From Camelus dromedarius (Eukaryota): DNA of 64,000 nucleotides. Each line of letters starts with the position of its first letter. Position 1 is the stretch's first letter. A model generated the notes under the pieces. The model saw only the letters and a program-made list of their open reading frames with translations. It had not been told where the DNA came from and made no database searches. The position numbers were made by a program, and so were the translations under genes. Below, piece by piece: positions 38,243-51,864 of the stretch. The stretch is from positions 107,448,001 to 107,512,000 of the forward strand of contig NC_087437.1 of NCBI RefSeq assembly GCF_036321535.1, written 5' to 3'.

Positions 38243-38981
38243 ACAGTTCATTTGTAAAGTCTCTTCTACATCTGAATTTCATTTCTGACAATTTCACATA
38301 AATGTTTTAAACGAACACTGTAATCCAATAATATTTACTTAGTGTGCATATATAATATGTATATGATATCACATATATATGGTACTGTTCAAAACAAATT
38401 TAGAAATATAACCTTTCAGAACTAGAGATTTCTTAAATCTCCTACAGCTGATTTTTATTTGAGCAAACAGAAATGTACAAATACAGGCAGAAATGTACAA
38501 TTATATCAACCAGGAGATGATGCCGTTTGCAAGACCATAACACAGCTTGTGGAGTTTGGGTGTCTGAATGTTTTGCTTATAAAAATATTTTTTATTTACA
38601 AGCTTGGAGAGGGAAATTATTATCCCATTTCTATTTAGTCTTGGTGGGCAAAAGCATGAGACTATAATTTAAGGAATTTAAGGAACAAAATTACAACAGT
38701 ACAACAGTACTAAGGTGCACCTTTAAATTTATGAATTCATCAAAATAATGAACTTATGATGAAGGTGATGAACACCTCCCAATATTTTTTTTACTGTTTT
38801 GTTAATAATTACAGAAGAACTGCATGCATACATACATGCAGTTGGAACACCATTGATCATTCATTTTCTACTTCTGTAATCTTCCATAACTTTCCTCTGC
38901 TATCTCAGAATTCTTCAATTTAGCAAGTGATGTCTTTGCAGCAAGACAAAGTAAGAAAGAGAGATAACAGTTGAAGTGAGA

Positions 38982-39235
38982 AGCAGTATGATATAATGGC
39001 CAGACACATATGCCCTAGTACCCAACAGTCAAAATTTGAATCTAGATTCATCTATTTCCTAACTACCTGACCACCATGAAAGTAATTTAATACGCCTTTC
39101 TCTCACCCAGTCTCCTCATGCATAAAATGTGGAGAGTGATGCAAATGGGGCCTTCACAAAGCTAAATAATTTAATAATATTTAGTGCTTAGAACTGTGTC
39201 TAATTCTCAATAAGTGATTAATAAATGTCAGCTTT
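38982..39235 (+). mobile_element. MIR SINE
   Basis: AAGCAGTATGATATAATGG...TTTGAATCTAGATTC...CAGTCTCCTCATGCATAAAATG...AGTGCTTAGAAC...AATAAATGTCAGCT. Confidence 0.75.
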
Positions 39236-40358
39236 AAAATATTGTGCAAGACACACTCAGTAAAATGAGTACTTGAGAACAAATATTGAGAGAGGAAGGA
39301 AAAAGTATATTATGATATAATTGGGATTGATAAGGATAGAAAAATCTACTGTTATGACAATCTTTGGATAATATGAATTACCCACAGGTTTTATAAATTT
39401 GGGGACTGAGGTATGAAAACCTTACACAATTTTCTATTATTAAATATCTATTTAATCCCAAAGCTAAAAGAAGAACTTCACCTTTTATCAAAAGAGCAAA
39501 TATAGTAAGTGCTTGGGTTTTATGATGTATTGAGGAATGAAACAGTTGGAGCTACAAGGGGAATAGAGTGATGGGATTGAGGTCTACTTTGACATTTGAG
39601 GCTGTATTTTAATACTCTACCACGTAAAAGAGGGTGGAATGCACATAATTCTCGTTAAATAAGTTCCAATTCCTGGAAAAAGATTTTTTTATAAATACAT
39701 ACATAAATTACATACATGTAAATAAATAAATACAAATTTTCAATCCACATATTCCAAGTAGGAGCTCGACAGCTGGTTGGGCCCAAAGGAGAGAGAAACC
39801 AAGGGATGTACCCAATCCTATAAATATGGCTATGGTTGGGTTCACAAAGGAAAAGAACTGAAACAGAGCTTCAGAAGAGGGAATCATATTGTCATCTAGC
39901 CCTATGCATTGTTTTGAATCAAGTGATACTATATTGAGCTCTACTCATTCAGGGTTGGAGTTCAGGTGAGGGAATTAGAGTTCTTTAATATTTTCTATCT
40001 GAATACCACATTGTTAAATGGCGGACTCTTTCAGAGGAGATGCTTCGGGAAACTGGAGAAGGATAAGAGGATGATTACTCATGCTTATCCAATAGCTAAC
40101 AAACTGTTGTCATCCTAGACTCTTTCTTCACCTTAGCCACACTTCCTGTTCCTCTTTCCATTGTAACCCAAATTCATCTCAACTTCTTTTCTGTACGATT
40201 TGATTCAACATAGCCTTTCTTAGTTAATGATTGTTCAATTACAAAGAACAGAAATGCTCAAGAGATTCATTTGGGGTGAATCTAAGTGGTGAAAGTATTG
40301 TCAGGGCTAGTGAGAGATGGTACTGAGAATTTAAAAGCCATCAAAATTCAAGTCAGTC

Positions 40359-40718
40359 ATATTGATCAGTTTGGTAAACAACAGACTGCCATCGCCTGAG
40401 TGGCTTAAATAACAAACATTTATTTTTCACAGTTCTGAAGGCTGAGAAGTCCAAGATCACGGTGCCAGCAGATTTCATGTATGGTGAGGGCCTTCCTCCT
40501 GGTTTGTTGATGACCCCTTTCTTTATGTATCCTCACAGGGTAGAGAGAGATTATCTCTCTTGTGTCTCTTCTCATTAAAGCACTAATCTCATTCATTAGG
40601 ATTACACCTTTATGACCTAATTACCTCCCAAAGGGCTCACCTCCAGATACCATCACAGTTGGAATGAGGGTTTCAACCTGTGAAATTTGGGGAGGGCATG
40701 TACATTTAACTCACAGCA
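40359..40718 (-). mobile_element. MLT1A-type MaLR solo LTR
   Basis: GTGGCTTAAATAACAAACATTTATTTTTCACAGTTCTGAAGGCTGAGAAGTCCAAGATC ... ATGACCTAATTACCTCCCAAAGG ... GAAATTTGGGGAGG. Confidence 0.92.
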
Positions 40719-41813
40719 GCAACCTATTTGTCTCTAACTCTTTGACGTCATTTAGTCTCTTGGTGTTATTTCCCTCTGTGGCTCAGCACCATTTCATAAT
40801 GCTCTCTTTGACCCAGATTGTGGATCCATCTCCAGATAACTTAGCATGACTAAACTAAAAGGATCTACTGTTCACAAACAAAGCACTAGAAAAGCTCTGT
40901 TCAAAGCTGATTTCCTCAGTCAGACCACATGCCCATCCCATTAACAATTACAAGGACTGATCTCATGGTACGTGTGGCTTTGGGAATGAAGCCCTCAGGG
41001 CTGGAGACAATTTTCAGAGGTGGCCATAGGTTGAGCAGAAACCCCAGAAGAAACCTATCATACATCATCTCTTCTATCCACTGACCATCACTGAGATACT
41101 CAGTAGGCCAGATCCTGACTGTTGGATTTCCATAGTAACAGGTTTCTGTTGCTGCTTTGGACATAGCATTAACCACATGTATCATACTTTCATCCTTTTT
41201 TATCAGACTGTCACTCCAAGCAGTTTGTGAACACCTCAAGACCAAGGGTGGAGTCCTATTTTTTCTTATACTCCTGGCATATCTCATAGTGTTTTTCACA
41301 CAGTAGATTCTCAAAATCTGATGTTGACCTAATTTTCCATGGTGAGTCATTAAATCAATTATAACACTCATTAAGCTGTTTAGATGGAAATAATTTCCAT
41401 ATGCTTTAAAGGGTCAATTATATTTAGGTAGGGAAGCAGAAGATTATTTATGGAATCACATTTGATGTAGCCTAGCCGAGGTATGAATTTTCACTTTATC
41501 ATCAGTCACTCTGTTGGGAAGGCAAGAAATGGCCAGGATTGGGAGTTCTCTAAAACAATAATCAGGAAGGGTTTTCAAGCTGCTGTGCAGAATTCTGAGA
41601 AATGCAACCAGATTTATTCTCTTATACAAGATGTGCAATACATATATTAAAAACACTGAGTTAAAGGACACTAATTTGTTTATACCAGCAATTTCAATTT
41701 TATTTGAACATAGAATTTCTCCCCACCTCAAATACTACCTTTTGCCCTCTTAAGATGGTAGTTCTAAGCCATTGGTTGAAAACATTTTGGCATATTGGGA
41801 TCAGAAGAGCATA

Positions 41814-42746
41814 GAGCTGAAGACCTAAACAAGCAATTCTCCAATGAAGACATACAAATGGACAATAGGCACATGAAAAATGCTCAGTATCACTAATTAT
41901 TTGCAGAGAAATGAAAATCAAAACTACAATGAGGTATCACCTCACACCAGTCAGAATGGCCATCATTAAAAAGTCCACAAATGATAAATGCTGGAGAGGC
42001 TGTGGAGAAAAGGAAACCCTCCTATGCTGTTGATGGGAATGTAGTTTGGTGCAGCTCTTACAGAAAACAGTATGGAGATTCCTCAAAAGACTGATAAAAG
42101 ATTTACTATATGATCCAGTAATTCCATTTCTGGGCATATTTCTAGAGGGAACTTTAATTCAAAAAGATTCATGCACCTCAGTGTTCATAGCAGTGCTATT
42201 TACAATAGCTGAGACATGGAAACAACCTAAATGTCCATTGACAGATGACTGGATAAAGAAGTTGTAGTATATTTATACAACGGAATACTACTCAGCCATA
42301 AAAAAGAATAAAATAATACCATTTGCAGCAACATGGATGACCCTGGAGAATGTCATTCTAAGTGAAGTAAGTCAGAAAGAGAAAGAAAAATACCATATGA
42401 TATCACTTATATGTAGAATCTGAAAAAAGACAAACTTATTTACAAAACAGAGACAGACTCACAGACATAGAAAACAAACTTACGGTTACCAAGGAGGAAG
42501 GGGGTGGGAAGGGACAAATTGGGCGTTCGAGGTTTGCAGATACTAATTAATATACATAACAGATAAACAAGTTACAGAGAACTATATTCAATATCTTTTA
42601 GTAACCCATACTGAAAAAGAATATGAAAACAAATATATACATATATATGTATGACTGAAACATGCTGTACACCAGAAGTTAACCCAACATTGTAAATTGA
42701 CTATACTTCAATAAAAAACACTCAAAAAATTAAAAGAAAGAAATAA
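41814..42746 (+). mobile_element. Younger artiodactyl-type L1, 5'-truncated (ORF2 C-terminus, 3' UTR, A-rich tail)
   Basis: Encodes the ORF2 cysteine-rich tail ([12 protein letters not shown]..., then [15 protein letters not shown] in ORF 42046-42267). 3' UTR CACAGACATAGAAAACAAACTTACGGTTACC; AATAAA and A-tail from 42710. Confidence 0.96.
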
Positions 42747-42942
42747 GAAGGAGCTAGAAGTGCAAGAAAGAATCAAGAACCAGGAGTCTATGACCATGAG
42801 AGGTGGACAAGATAATCCAGTTAAAAAGCACAAGCAGTCTAAGCCTTTGATGGGGACTATGGCAGCTCTGTAAAGGCAGAAACTCATTCCCAGGGAGCTG
42901 TAGATAAAAGTTGGTAGGATCAACTCAGTGACAAGTGAGAGG

Positions 42943-42982
42943 CAAAACAAAATAACAAAACAAAACAAAACAAAACAAAAAA
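42943..42982 (+). repeat. Imperfect (CAAAA)n simple repeat
   Basis: CAAAACAAAATAACAAAACAAAACAAAACAAAACAAAAAA. Confidence 0.9.
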
Positions 42983-43074
42983 CCACACATTTTCTGACAC
43001 TCAGGATGGCTGGGTGACTATTTTATTTATAGTTCTCTGGGGTACCAGTTACTTCATAGCCAGGACTAGATATA

Positions 43075-43665
43075 CAGATAGACATCTTATTACAAATGTA
43101 TTATGTACAAAGTACTATACAAGGCATTTGGAGAAAGACAAAAGCATTTTCTTACAGGTCATTTTGGTAGATCAAAGTCATGCTTTGGAGGAAAAAAAAA
43201 GAAAAACCCGGATAATTCATCTCAATGTATGGAGAGGGACAAATTAGAAGTAGAATATATAGGGGCATTGAGAGTTCAGAAAAGGGAGGAAGGAATCACT
43301 GCAGTTCATGGCTGTCTGAGAATGATTTACCAGACAGGATGGATTTTATTTAAAATCCAAAGGCTGGATAAAATTTAGGTAATGGGAGAAGGAAGGGGAG
43401 GATATTTCAGGGCTGGTGATAAATGTGAATAAAGTGTGGATGCTAGACTGTGTAAAGTGTGTTTCTGATCAGGAGGGCTGAAATAAAAAATGCCCTACAG
43501 GGTAATAAAACATAAGATGAAAAGGGAGGCAAAGGCCAGACTGCTGTGGGTGCAACCTTGATTCTCCCCTATTCTGTAGAAAGAGAGACTATTCAATATT
43601 TATGAACCATAGAAATATAACAGGACAAGGAGGAGAGATTCATGGGTGGTAGTGTGGATCACAGA
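43075..43665 (-). mobile_element. Degenerate L2
   Basis: Antisense L2-like blocks: GGGGCATTGAGAGTTCAGAAAAGGGAG; GGAGGATATTTCAGG; AAGGGAGGCAAAGGCCAGACT. Confidence 0.55.
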
Positions 43666-44599
43666 TTATATATAAGAGGTTCTCAGTGGGGAGATTTTAA
43701 AAATAAACAACTCTCAGGTTCTTCCCTTCCTAGATTGTCTGAGTCAAAATCTTCAGAAGAAAGGCCAGATGAAAAGGACAAATCAGTAAATAATTAGTTG
43801 AGAAGCACTTAATAGTAGAATATCAAAACAGCGAAATCCTGCAAAAAGATGCGGGAACAAATGTGCGGCATTGGGGGATGTGGACGAGTAAGTCTCTTCA
43901 ATAAACCAATAAACCTTATTCTAAAAAAACCTGAAAGTGATTTGAATTTCCCAGGTAGACTCAACGAAGAGTAAGCAAATACAGACTGAATCTTGAGGAG
44001 CACTGACATTTTGGAGGTAGAAATTCATATTAAACCATACACCCCACAGTGATTGGGACTTTCACCAGATCCTCATTATCTGATTTCTTAACCCCAGCTC
44101 TCCCTACTGTTTCCTTTTCCTGTAAGTTTATATCTTTTCTGTCAGAATAGCACATTCTCTTTTCTTTTCCAAAGTGGGTTTCTCCTCACTCATCCCTGAG
44201 TTTGTCTCTTCATCAATTTGGTGTATTTATTGTTTGTAATGAAGAAACTGAATGCACAGTCATGTTCCAAGATCACTCTTATCCCAGCCAAGTAGGATAT
44301 ACTTACAACTACATCTAAAATTGGGAACAGAGGACTTTTTCATCTCAAGACTGAACAACATGAGTTATCATTCTTGCTATTTTTTTCTAATTTTGCCCTA
44401 AAAGGAGGTAATATTATATTCTCTTTACATTAATTGGCTAATTTTATACCATGCCTTGAAAAACAAAGCAAATTGGGATTCCTTTATTTTGAGAACACGA
44501 ATTGAAATATTACTCCAGCTGACAGGAGGAGATATGTAAGGGGTATTGAGGCAAGAAATATCGTATTCAGAAGATCTCATTGGAGAATGAGAAGGGTTC

Positions 44600-44728
44600 C
44601 AATTTTAATAAATGTACCACTCTGGTGGGAAATGTTGATAATGGGAGTGGCTGTGCATGTGAGAGGGAAAGAGGTATATAAGAAATTTTTGTACCTTCCA
44701 CTCTTTTGTTGTGAACCTTAAACTGCTC
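44600..44728 (+). mobile_element. L1MC-type 3' end, target of a later L1 insertion (continues to about 45210)
   Basis: AAATGTACCACTCTGGTGGGAAATGTTGATAATGGGAG...GTACCTTCC...GTGAACCTTAAACTGCTC. Confidence 0.88.
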
Positions 44729-45191
44729 CACTACTCAGCCATAAAAAAAGAATAAAATAATGCCATTTGCAGCAACATGGATGGAACTGGAGATCGTCAT
44801 TCTAAGTGAAGTAACCCAGAAAGAGAAAGAAAAATAGCATATGATATCACTTATATGTGGAATCTAAAAAAAGGAAAAAAGAGACACTAATGAACTCATC
44901 TACAAAATAGAAACAGACTCGAAGACATAGTGAACAATCTTACGGTTACCAGAGGAGAAGAGGGTGGAAAGGGATAAATTGAGAGTTTGAGGATTGCAAA
45001 TATTAACTACTATATATAAAATAGATAAAAAACAATTTCTTCTGTACAGCCAAGGGAACTATACTCAGTATCTTGTAGTAACCTATAATGAAAAAGAATA
45101 TATGTATATATATGTATGACTGAAACATTATACCATACACCAGAAATTGACATTTTGTAACTGAGTATACTTCAATTAAAAAATAAAAATA
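44729..45191 (+). mobile_element. Young 5'-truncated L1 with 9-bp TSD
   Basis: CTACTCAGCCATAAAAAAAGAATAAAATAATGCCATTTGCAGCAACATGGATG ... TATACTTCAATTAAAAAATAAAAATA. AAACTGCTC at 44720-44728 and 45192-45200. Confidence 0.96.
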
Positions 45192-46294
45192 AAACTGCTC
45201 TAAACTGCTTAAAATGCACTGAAATGTAAAATATAAAAAATTTAAAATAGCTACATATTCTCTAAATGTAGACAATAATCCTGTGCAAAGATACCATATC
45301 TAAATACCTATCATGTTTTAGAATAGTATTTGGCATGTAAAATTTGAAAATGTTATATTTTGGGGGAATCTATGCTCATCACAAAGGAAAACAAGTGTCA
45401 GAAAAAAGCAATTTTTAACAGTGAAAACAATTCCTTCCTGAATACAAATGACCCATCATTTGTGATACCTGGGCAGGTCATTTGTTCATATATCAATCTA
45501 TATATGACTACTGAGTGTGGAAGTGTTGCTTATAGAGTTAGAAATAAAATATTAAATATATTAATTGGTAGTTTCACAGTATTTTAATACTATGCCAAAA
45601 TCTAGTGCCTACATTAGGGTTTCAATTTTATGTGGCAAATGAAGAATGTGGTCCAGACAAGAATCTGAAGAAGATATGAGGCTCTCTACCCCAACCTCCA
45701 CCATAAAAAAGTAATTTTGCATTGTAGGATGCAAAAATAGTTATGTTTTGTGATTCAAATATTGCTCTCTCCTGCATAGGCCAGTCTGATAAAAGGCTGC
45801 AGAAAATAAAATTAAGTTGATAAAGGAAAGAAATCCTACCTGAAAGAAACAAGACTTACTACTGCCAATTGTTAGAAATATCTTGAGTTCTGAAAATTAA
45901 TTGTAAAAAATATTTGTGGGCTTTAGAAATTTATATAAAATTTTCAAATCAGAAGATATTTTCCTTCACATTCATTAATTCTCCTTTATTTAAAAGAAAT
46001 GCTAATTATTGCAGTATAATTTTTAAAATTAAATTAAATATTTTTATGTGTGTAATTTTTTAAAGAATTTTGTAATATGGTGAATTCATCTTTGTACTCA
46101 TTTGATATTTGCTATTTAATTTATAAACTTTTATAAACCATCTTATAAACTTTTCATTTGTAGCTCTTTGTAATCTGTGATATTGTATGCTTTGTCCTTC
46201 AAGGAATGTTTAGGATTGAGATTTCCTCTTTCCTTCTTGTTTATTTCTTCTGAGCACTTCTCTGGCGCCATCAGAGACCTGAAGCACCATGCCA

Positions 46295-47470
46295 TCTCAA
46301 GTGAGTTTGATTTTCTTTTCATGTGTTTCTGGGCCAATTCCATTTCTTCTTCTGTTAAATATCTGTTCAAGTCTTTCACTATCTTTCCTTCCATTCATTT
46401 TTAATGTTCCTATTGTTCTATTAGGGTCATCATGTATTTTAAAATTCTTTATATATTCTTTATGAACTCTCACTTATAAGTTTTGCAAATAATGTCTTTC
46501 CCTTTTAACTTGTCTTTCACTTGTTAGGGTAACTTTTAATAAAATATATTTAGTTGAATTGATTAGTCTTTTACTTTGCGGTATGCTTTTTGTGCTTTGT
46601 TTAAAAATGCCTCTGTTCTTAAGTCATAAAGTGACTTTGCCATAATCTCCATTAAGATTTTCTTTTTTGTCTTATATATATAAGGCTTTCATAAACTTGG
46701 AATTCATTTTAATGTATGATATGGGGGAGGTATCCAGTCATAATATAAATATAGTGTAAGTAGAGACATAGATATAAATATCTAAAGACAGATAGACACA
46801 GATAGACAGAAATATTTTTGTACATGGACAAACAATTGTCCAAACATCATTTGTTAAAACATCTACCCTTTCTCGTCTGTCACAAGTTAAAATATTATTA
46901 TACACATGAGTTTATTTCTAGAATCTCTGCTCTACTTTCCATTTTTCTGGCCCTGCCCACCTACCTGGTATGTTAAGCTCCCTCAACTCATGCTTCTTCA
47001 AAAGCCTTGGATATTTTTGACCTTTTGTTCAAAATTGAGTTCATTTCTACCAACAGCCCATTCCAACTCCAATTGGCTTGTCATTGAATCAGTTGATTGC
47101 AATAGTGAATTTTTCTTTCATGAATAGCCTAACTCTTCATTTATTTAGGTTTCTTTTTATCATAATCTAGTTAATTATTTAATCTTCTCCATAAATGTAC
47201 ATTGTTTATCTGATTTATTTCTAAGCACTTTATGCTCATGTTATTACTAATGGAACTTTAAAATTCTACTGATACTAATCAGTTATTGGTTAGTAAACGA
47301 TGCATAGGTATATATTCAACTTTGGGATATATTCAACTTTGGTATATTAACTTTGTATCTATAAAATGTGATAAACTCATTAATTCTAACAATTTATGAT
47401 TGTTTTGTGGGTTTTCTACATGTACAATAACATCAAAGAAGAGTAACAAATCATCCCTTTATTTTCCAGC
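46295..47470 (-). mobile_element. Very old L1 (L1ME-like) ORF2 remnant
   Basis: TCTTTTCATGTGTTTCTGGGCCA...TTCTTCTGTTAAATATCTGTTCAAGTCTTT; CAATTGTCCAAACATCATTTGTTAAAA; GGGTTTTCTACATGTACAATAACATC. Confidence 0.8.
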
Positions 47471-48339
47471 TAATGTTTTGCATCTTTATTGCTGGCCATT
47501 AAACCCTTCTTAAACCAGGCTAGAAAAATAATATGCTAACTCTATTTGTCTCAATATTGTTCTGTTTGCGTGAGGAATTTCATATACTTTTGCATACAAT
47601 CTAAATTACTTTGGGCTCCCAGAGGAAGTTTTAAACTGACATCTGATAATCCTCTGAGCACCATTCAGCAAACATTTCTAGAAGAATTACCAGCCCTTAA
47701 ATTCTGACTCTGATATAAAGTTCCTTTTACTAAATGCTCTGATAGTTATTGTAGGGAACTACAGGTAACAAAAAGTTTATGGGCATATTTCTTCATCCTC
47801 TAGAGGCAATGAAAACACAATGTATGTATTGTTTTTTCCCAATCAAGCCTTTTTTTTCATACTTTTATAGTGTATAGTACAGAATAGTAAAATATTCTAA
47901 TAAAATTGGTAAAATGAAAAAAAAAAAATCCAAGTAGGTATACCAGAAGTAAGTGATAGAGCCAGAAAATACAGGTGGTACAAACATGATATTCATAGTG
48001 CATGGGACAGAGCTTGTGCTAAACAATATACATAATGCAACATGAAACATAATAAAAAATACTTTTGAGAAGGAAAATTGAATTCGCTGCCAGAATCTTT
48101 GAAGTTTTGTCTGAAGAGTCATAAGTTGATCTTGGGGAAGTTTTTCAGGGATGGTAGAAATGATGGGTGTTTTTAGAAAGAAGAAAGTGAGTGTATTATA
48201 CAAAGAATGTATCAGAGAGAAAGAAATTGTTTAAAGGAAGTCTATCGGAAAAGTTCTGTAGTAATTCAAGAATGATCTGTTGCAGCCATGGGTTTTGTGA
48301 CTGGGAAAGAAATACAGACATATAATGAATATTTATCAT

Positions 48340-48713
48340 TATATTAGTTTGCTAGGGCTGCCATCACAAAGTGCCACAGACTGGGTGGCTTAAACAACAG
48401 AAATGCATTTGTCACAGTTCCAGAGGCTGAACATCCAAGATCAAGGTGTTGGCAGTGTGGTTTCTTCTCAAGTCTTTTCCCTTGGTTTGTAGATGGCTGT
48501 CTTCTCCCTTTGTCTTCACATGGCCTCCCCTCTGTCTGTCTGTGTCCTAATTTCCTCCTATAAAGAGACCAGTCACATTGGATGATGGCCCACACATTCA
48601 GCCTTATTGTACCTCTTTAAAGATTTCATCTCCAAATACAGAAACATTCTGAGGTTCTGGGGGTTAGGGCTTCAAAAGGTGAATCTTAAGTAGACACAGT
48701 TCAGCCCATAACA
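48340..48713 (-). mobile_element. MLT1B/C-type MaLR solo LTR with 5-bp TSD
   Basis: TATTAGTTTGCTAGGGCTGCCATCACAAAGTGCCACAGACTGGGTGGCTTAAACAACAGAAAT ... CACAGTTCAGCCCATAACA. Flanks ATCAT (48335-48339) and ATCAA (48714-48718). Confidence 0.94.
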
Positions 48714-48926
48714 ATCAAGTTATACAGAAAATCAAAATGTTTTTGTAGAAGTTTCTGGGATTTAAGACTCAGACTAATACAATTCATATGTGAATAATAA
48801 AGATCTGTTTATTATATAACATTGTGAGAGGGCAGAACAAACAATATTTGAGGTTCATTGAATTTGAGTTGACACCTGAGAATGAAATAATTACAGCTTA
48901 TAGAAATACTCTGTATTTCCTAGAAC

Positions 48927-49060
48927 TAGGGTTTCCAGAATATCTTGATTGCCTGGAATGGTCTGCTTTATGACTACTGTCCCATTATGATTATTAATAG
49001 CTCTCTCTTTCTCTCTAAAAAAATGTCACTATTTAGAAGATAAAATATAAGATCAACCTA
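48927..49060 (-). mobile_element. MER94-like hAT-Blackjack MITE
   Basis: TAGGGT... and ...ATCAACCTA termini; interior TGTCCCATTATGATTATTAATAGCTCTCTCTTTCTCTCTAAAA matches the antisense MER94 layout. Confidence 0.65.
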
Positions 49061-49199
49061 ACTGGAAACTTCAATGGATCTTCAACATAAATCTGAGGAA
49101 AACTGTCAGGCCTAAACCCTACATAAATCTGGAAAACTGCTGACTCCATAGCCACCCATTCATATCTTCAGTGACTATTACCTACGGGTACACTGTTAT

Positions 49200-49420
49200 C
49201 CAAGTACTCCACTAAGTGCTAGAAGAGAAGTGATGAAGAGGGCATGAGTCTTCCTCTTTACTCTCTTTGATTATCATTGAACCCTCACAATGATAAGAGG
49301 TAGATTGTGCAATTATCTTCCCAGACTTAGAGAGGTTGAATAGCTTGACCTTGGCCACACCATTAGTAAGCAGAAGATGACATCAAGTGTGTGTTTCCAA
49401 AGATCATGTAATTAATCTCA
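49200..49420 (-). mobile_element. MIR SINE
   Basis: CCCTCACAATGATAAGAGGTAG...GACTTAGAGAGGTTGAATAGCTTGACCTTGGCCACAC. Confidence 0.65.
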
Positions 49421-50019
49421 TAAGTTTACTCTAGAATGAAACCAGTGAGGACCAGTGGTCTTGCCATTGAAACATATCCCCATCTAGTGTCTTCTACAGA
49501 GCAATCTTGAAAGCAATCTCCAGAGTTTTTTTTTTTTTTTTTTTTTTAGTGTTATCATATAAAGCCCCAGAATCACCCTATTAACAAATACGTTAAAGAT
49601 ATTCAATTTAGTAATTAGTGGCTCAACTTTCTAAAAAAAGTAAACTGATTAGCTAAATTTCCTTCTTTTCTTCCTCTGAATGATATAAAAACAAATTTCA
49701 AGGTATACTCGGGCTTTTGCAAAAGTATAATTCAAAGGCATGTAAAATTTGTGTCACAAAAGAACTAAAACAGAGCAATGATTATTAATAGAATATAACA
49801 CTTTGGTAAGGACTTATAACTACCTTGCATTATAGATAACCCTCTATTCCCAGGTATTTCATATATATATATATAATCAATTGGTCTCCATAAAAATATA
49901 TCAGAGAATATTGATTTTTTTTACTGGGCAAACACTCTTGTTTATTAAAATCAAGAAGAAGAAGCTGCTATTCAACCAAGAATATAATTAGAATTGTAAT
50001 TGTATGACAGTTATTTATT

Positions 50020-50492
50020 CATATTGTGGAAGATTTGATTGTTGTTGTTTCAAGCCCGTCACTAGCTTTCTCTCTGTCATGTGACCTCAGACTTTCTCTG
50101 ACTAGCTAGCAATGGAGTATATTTCTCTGCCCCACTATGTTGGATTCCGTCCTGTGATTGCTTTGGTCACTGGAATATGAGTACAGATGACAACAGCAAT
50201 TCCAAATCTAGGCTTTAACAGCATTACACACTGATGCCTCCTCTTTTATTTCTGCCACTTCAATTAGAAGAACATATCCTGGCTGGCCCATTGATCCAAA
50301 GAGTATTAGAAACACATGGGACAGAATTCCAATCTGCAGCTTGGTTCCAGCTTTAACCAAATCCAGCTGTTTAGTCAGCCAACTTCCAGCTGACCAGCAG
50401 GCACAAGAGTGTGAGTCAATGATTGCTGCAAGCCACACATTTTTAGGGTAGTTTGTTACATGAAATTATTGTGGCAATAGATAACTTATCTC
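50020..50492 (+). mobile_element. Old MLT1 (G/H-like) MaLR LTR
   Basis: GTATATTTCTCTGCCCCACTATGTTGG...TGCTTTGGTCACTGGAATATGAG ... GGTAGTTTGTTACATGAAATTATTGTGGCAATAGATAAC. Confidence 0.8.
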
Positions 50493-51339
50493 CATGCCTT
50501 CAGGAAATGCTTTTAGGATTCTTCTATGTCAGACACTGAAGCTAGAAGTTGATAAATAGTAGACAAGAGAACAGTGACATGTGATCTTATAAACTACAAT
50601 CTAGAGACTGAGACAAGAAAATGGATAATTGCAATATAACATAGAGAAGTGTTTTGATCAGAGAAAGGAACTATGGGAGACTATGAGACAGGTGCCTCAT
50701 TTATACCTGGTGATTCGGTGTAAACACTCCATAGGAAGTGCTGACTATGTCAACAGCAGAAGTTTGTCTTGCAAAAAGCGTATGGAGGAGTGGCAGGTAC
50801 CCCAAGAAGAGTTAACAGGATGAATGATCAGAGGGCATTGAATACTTGAGGGGAGGAAAGATGAGAATGGCTATGGTGAATGTCAGGGAAAAGTGGAGGT
50901 GGGAGCTTTTGAAGTATGTGAACTTTTGCCAATGCAGCACCTCATTAACTGCATTAAGGTGTTTGGACCTGACTCAGGGCTGTGGTAGTGGTTGTAGGAG
51001 GGAGTTCTGGCTTTCCTTCACTGCATCCTTTATTTAGTTGTCTTTGCCATCAGAGGATGTCTGTGCCTCGGTGCCTGATAAAGTGCTCTTTCTGGAGCAC
51101 AAACTTAATACATTCCATGTGTTAAATAGTTTTAGAATATGGATTTGCCAGCTTCAGTTTCTGGGAGGCAAATGGGGATATGAACAAAACAAGTGGTTAG
51201 TCATATTTAATACCAGTGTAGGACTATGCGGTGGATCAGCATATTAGATCATCACGCCGGCCTTTCTCTGCCAGCTTGGGATGGAGTAAACCTCGGACCA
51301 GTCATTTCCCAGTGGTTTGTCTGGCCTAATTTTAAAATA

Positions 51340-51560
51340 ATCAGATGAAGGGACTTCTATTCTCCTGGGAAATTGTTTCACGCCTTAATAGATTTTGCTG
51401 CTAGGAAATGTTTTTCTGAGAGTCTGACCAAACTTTTCTTGCACAATTTTATCACACTACTTTTAGATCTGACTTAAAATCATCTGAATACGCTGTTTTC
51501 CTTTTAGTCACACAATCACTTCATGTTAAGATCATTTTTCCCCCACTTTCCAGACCCTGA
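51340..51560 (-). mobile_element. L3/CR1-type LINE remnant
   Basis: GATGAAGGGACTTCTATTCTCCTGGGAAATTGTTTCAC...TAGGAAATGTTTTTCTGA...CTTGCACAATTTTA resembles antisense CR1 3' sequence. Confidence 0.55.
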
Positions 51561-51864
51561 TATTTTTTCACATATATTTGAGCTTGAATTTTTTCTCTAT
51601 GATTATGAGCTCATAGGTTTTTTAGGTCCATTTTACTCTATTTTTCATCTGGGCTTTAAGCACCTATATTTTCCTTTTTATTATCATCTCCCCCAGTGGT
51701 GTTCACATCATGCCCCTGATGACAGTAGTTAGTGGACTGTTTGTTCCCTCTTCTCAGCCATGCATGAAGACGGCCATTATCATGATTTAGTTTTTCTCTT
51801 TCAGTTTGCAAAATATGTGAACAAGCAAGACATGCAAACCAATGGAAAATTTTCAAACATTTAT

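Noticed and set aside
40916..41371. Longest ORF (151 aa)
   Set aside because: No recognisable homology; it overlaps decayed repeat-like sequence.
42046..42267. ORFs with real protein similarity (also 3135-3341 and 53230-53469)
   Set aside because: They are broken LINE-1 ORF2 C-terminal remnants, not host genes.
49526..49547. Long T runs (also 7710-7728 and 28561-28578) as retrocopy tails
   Set aside because: No adjacent retroelement body or TSD; treated as simple homopolymers.
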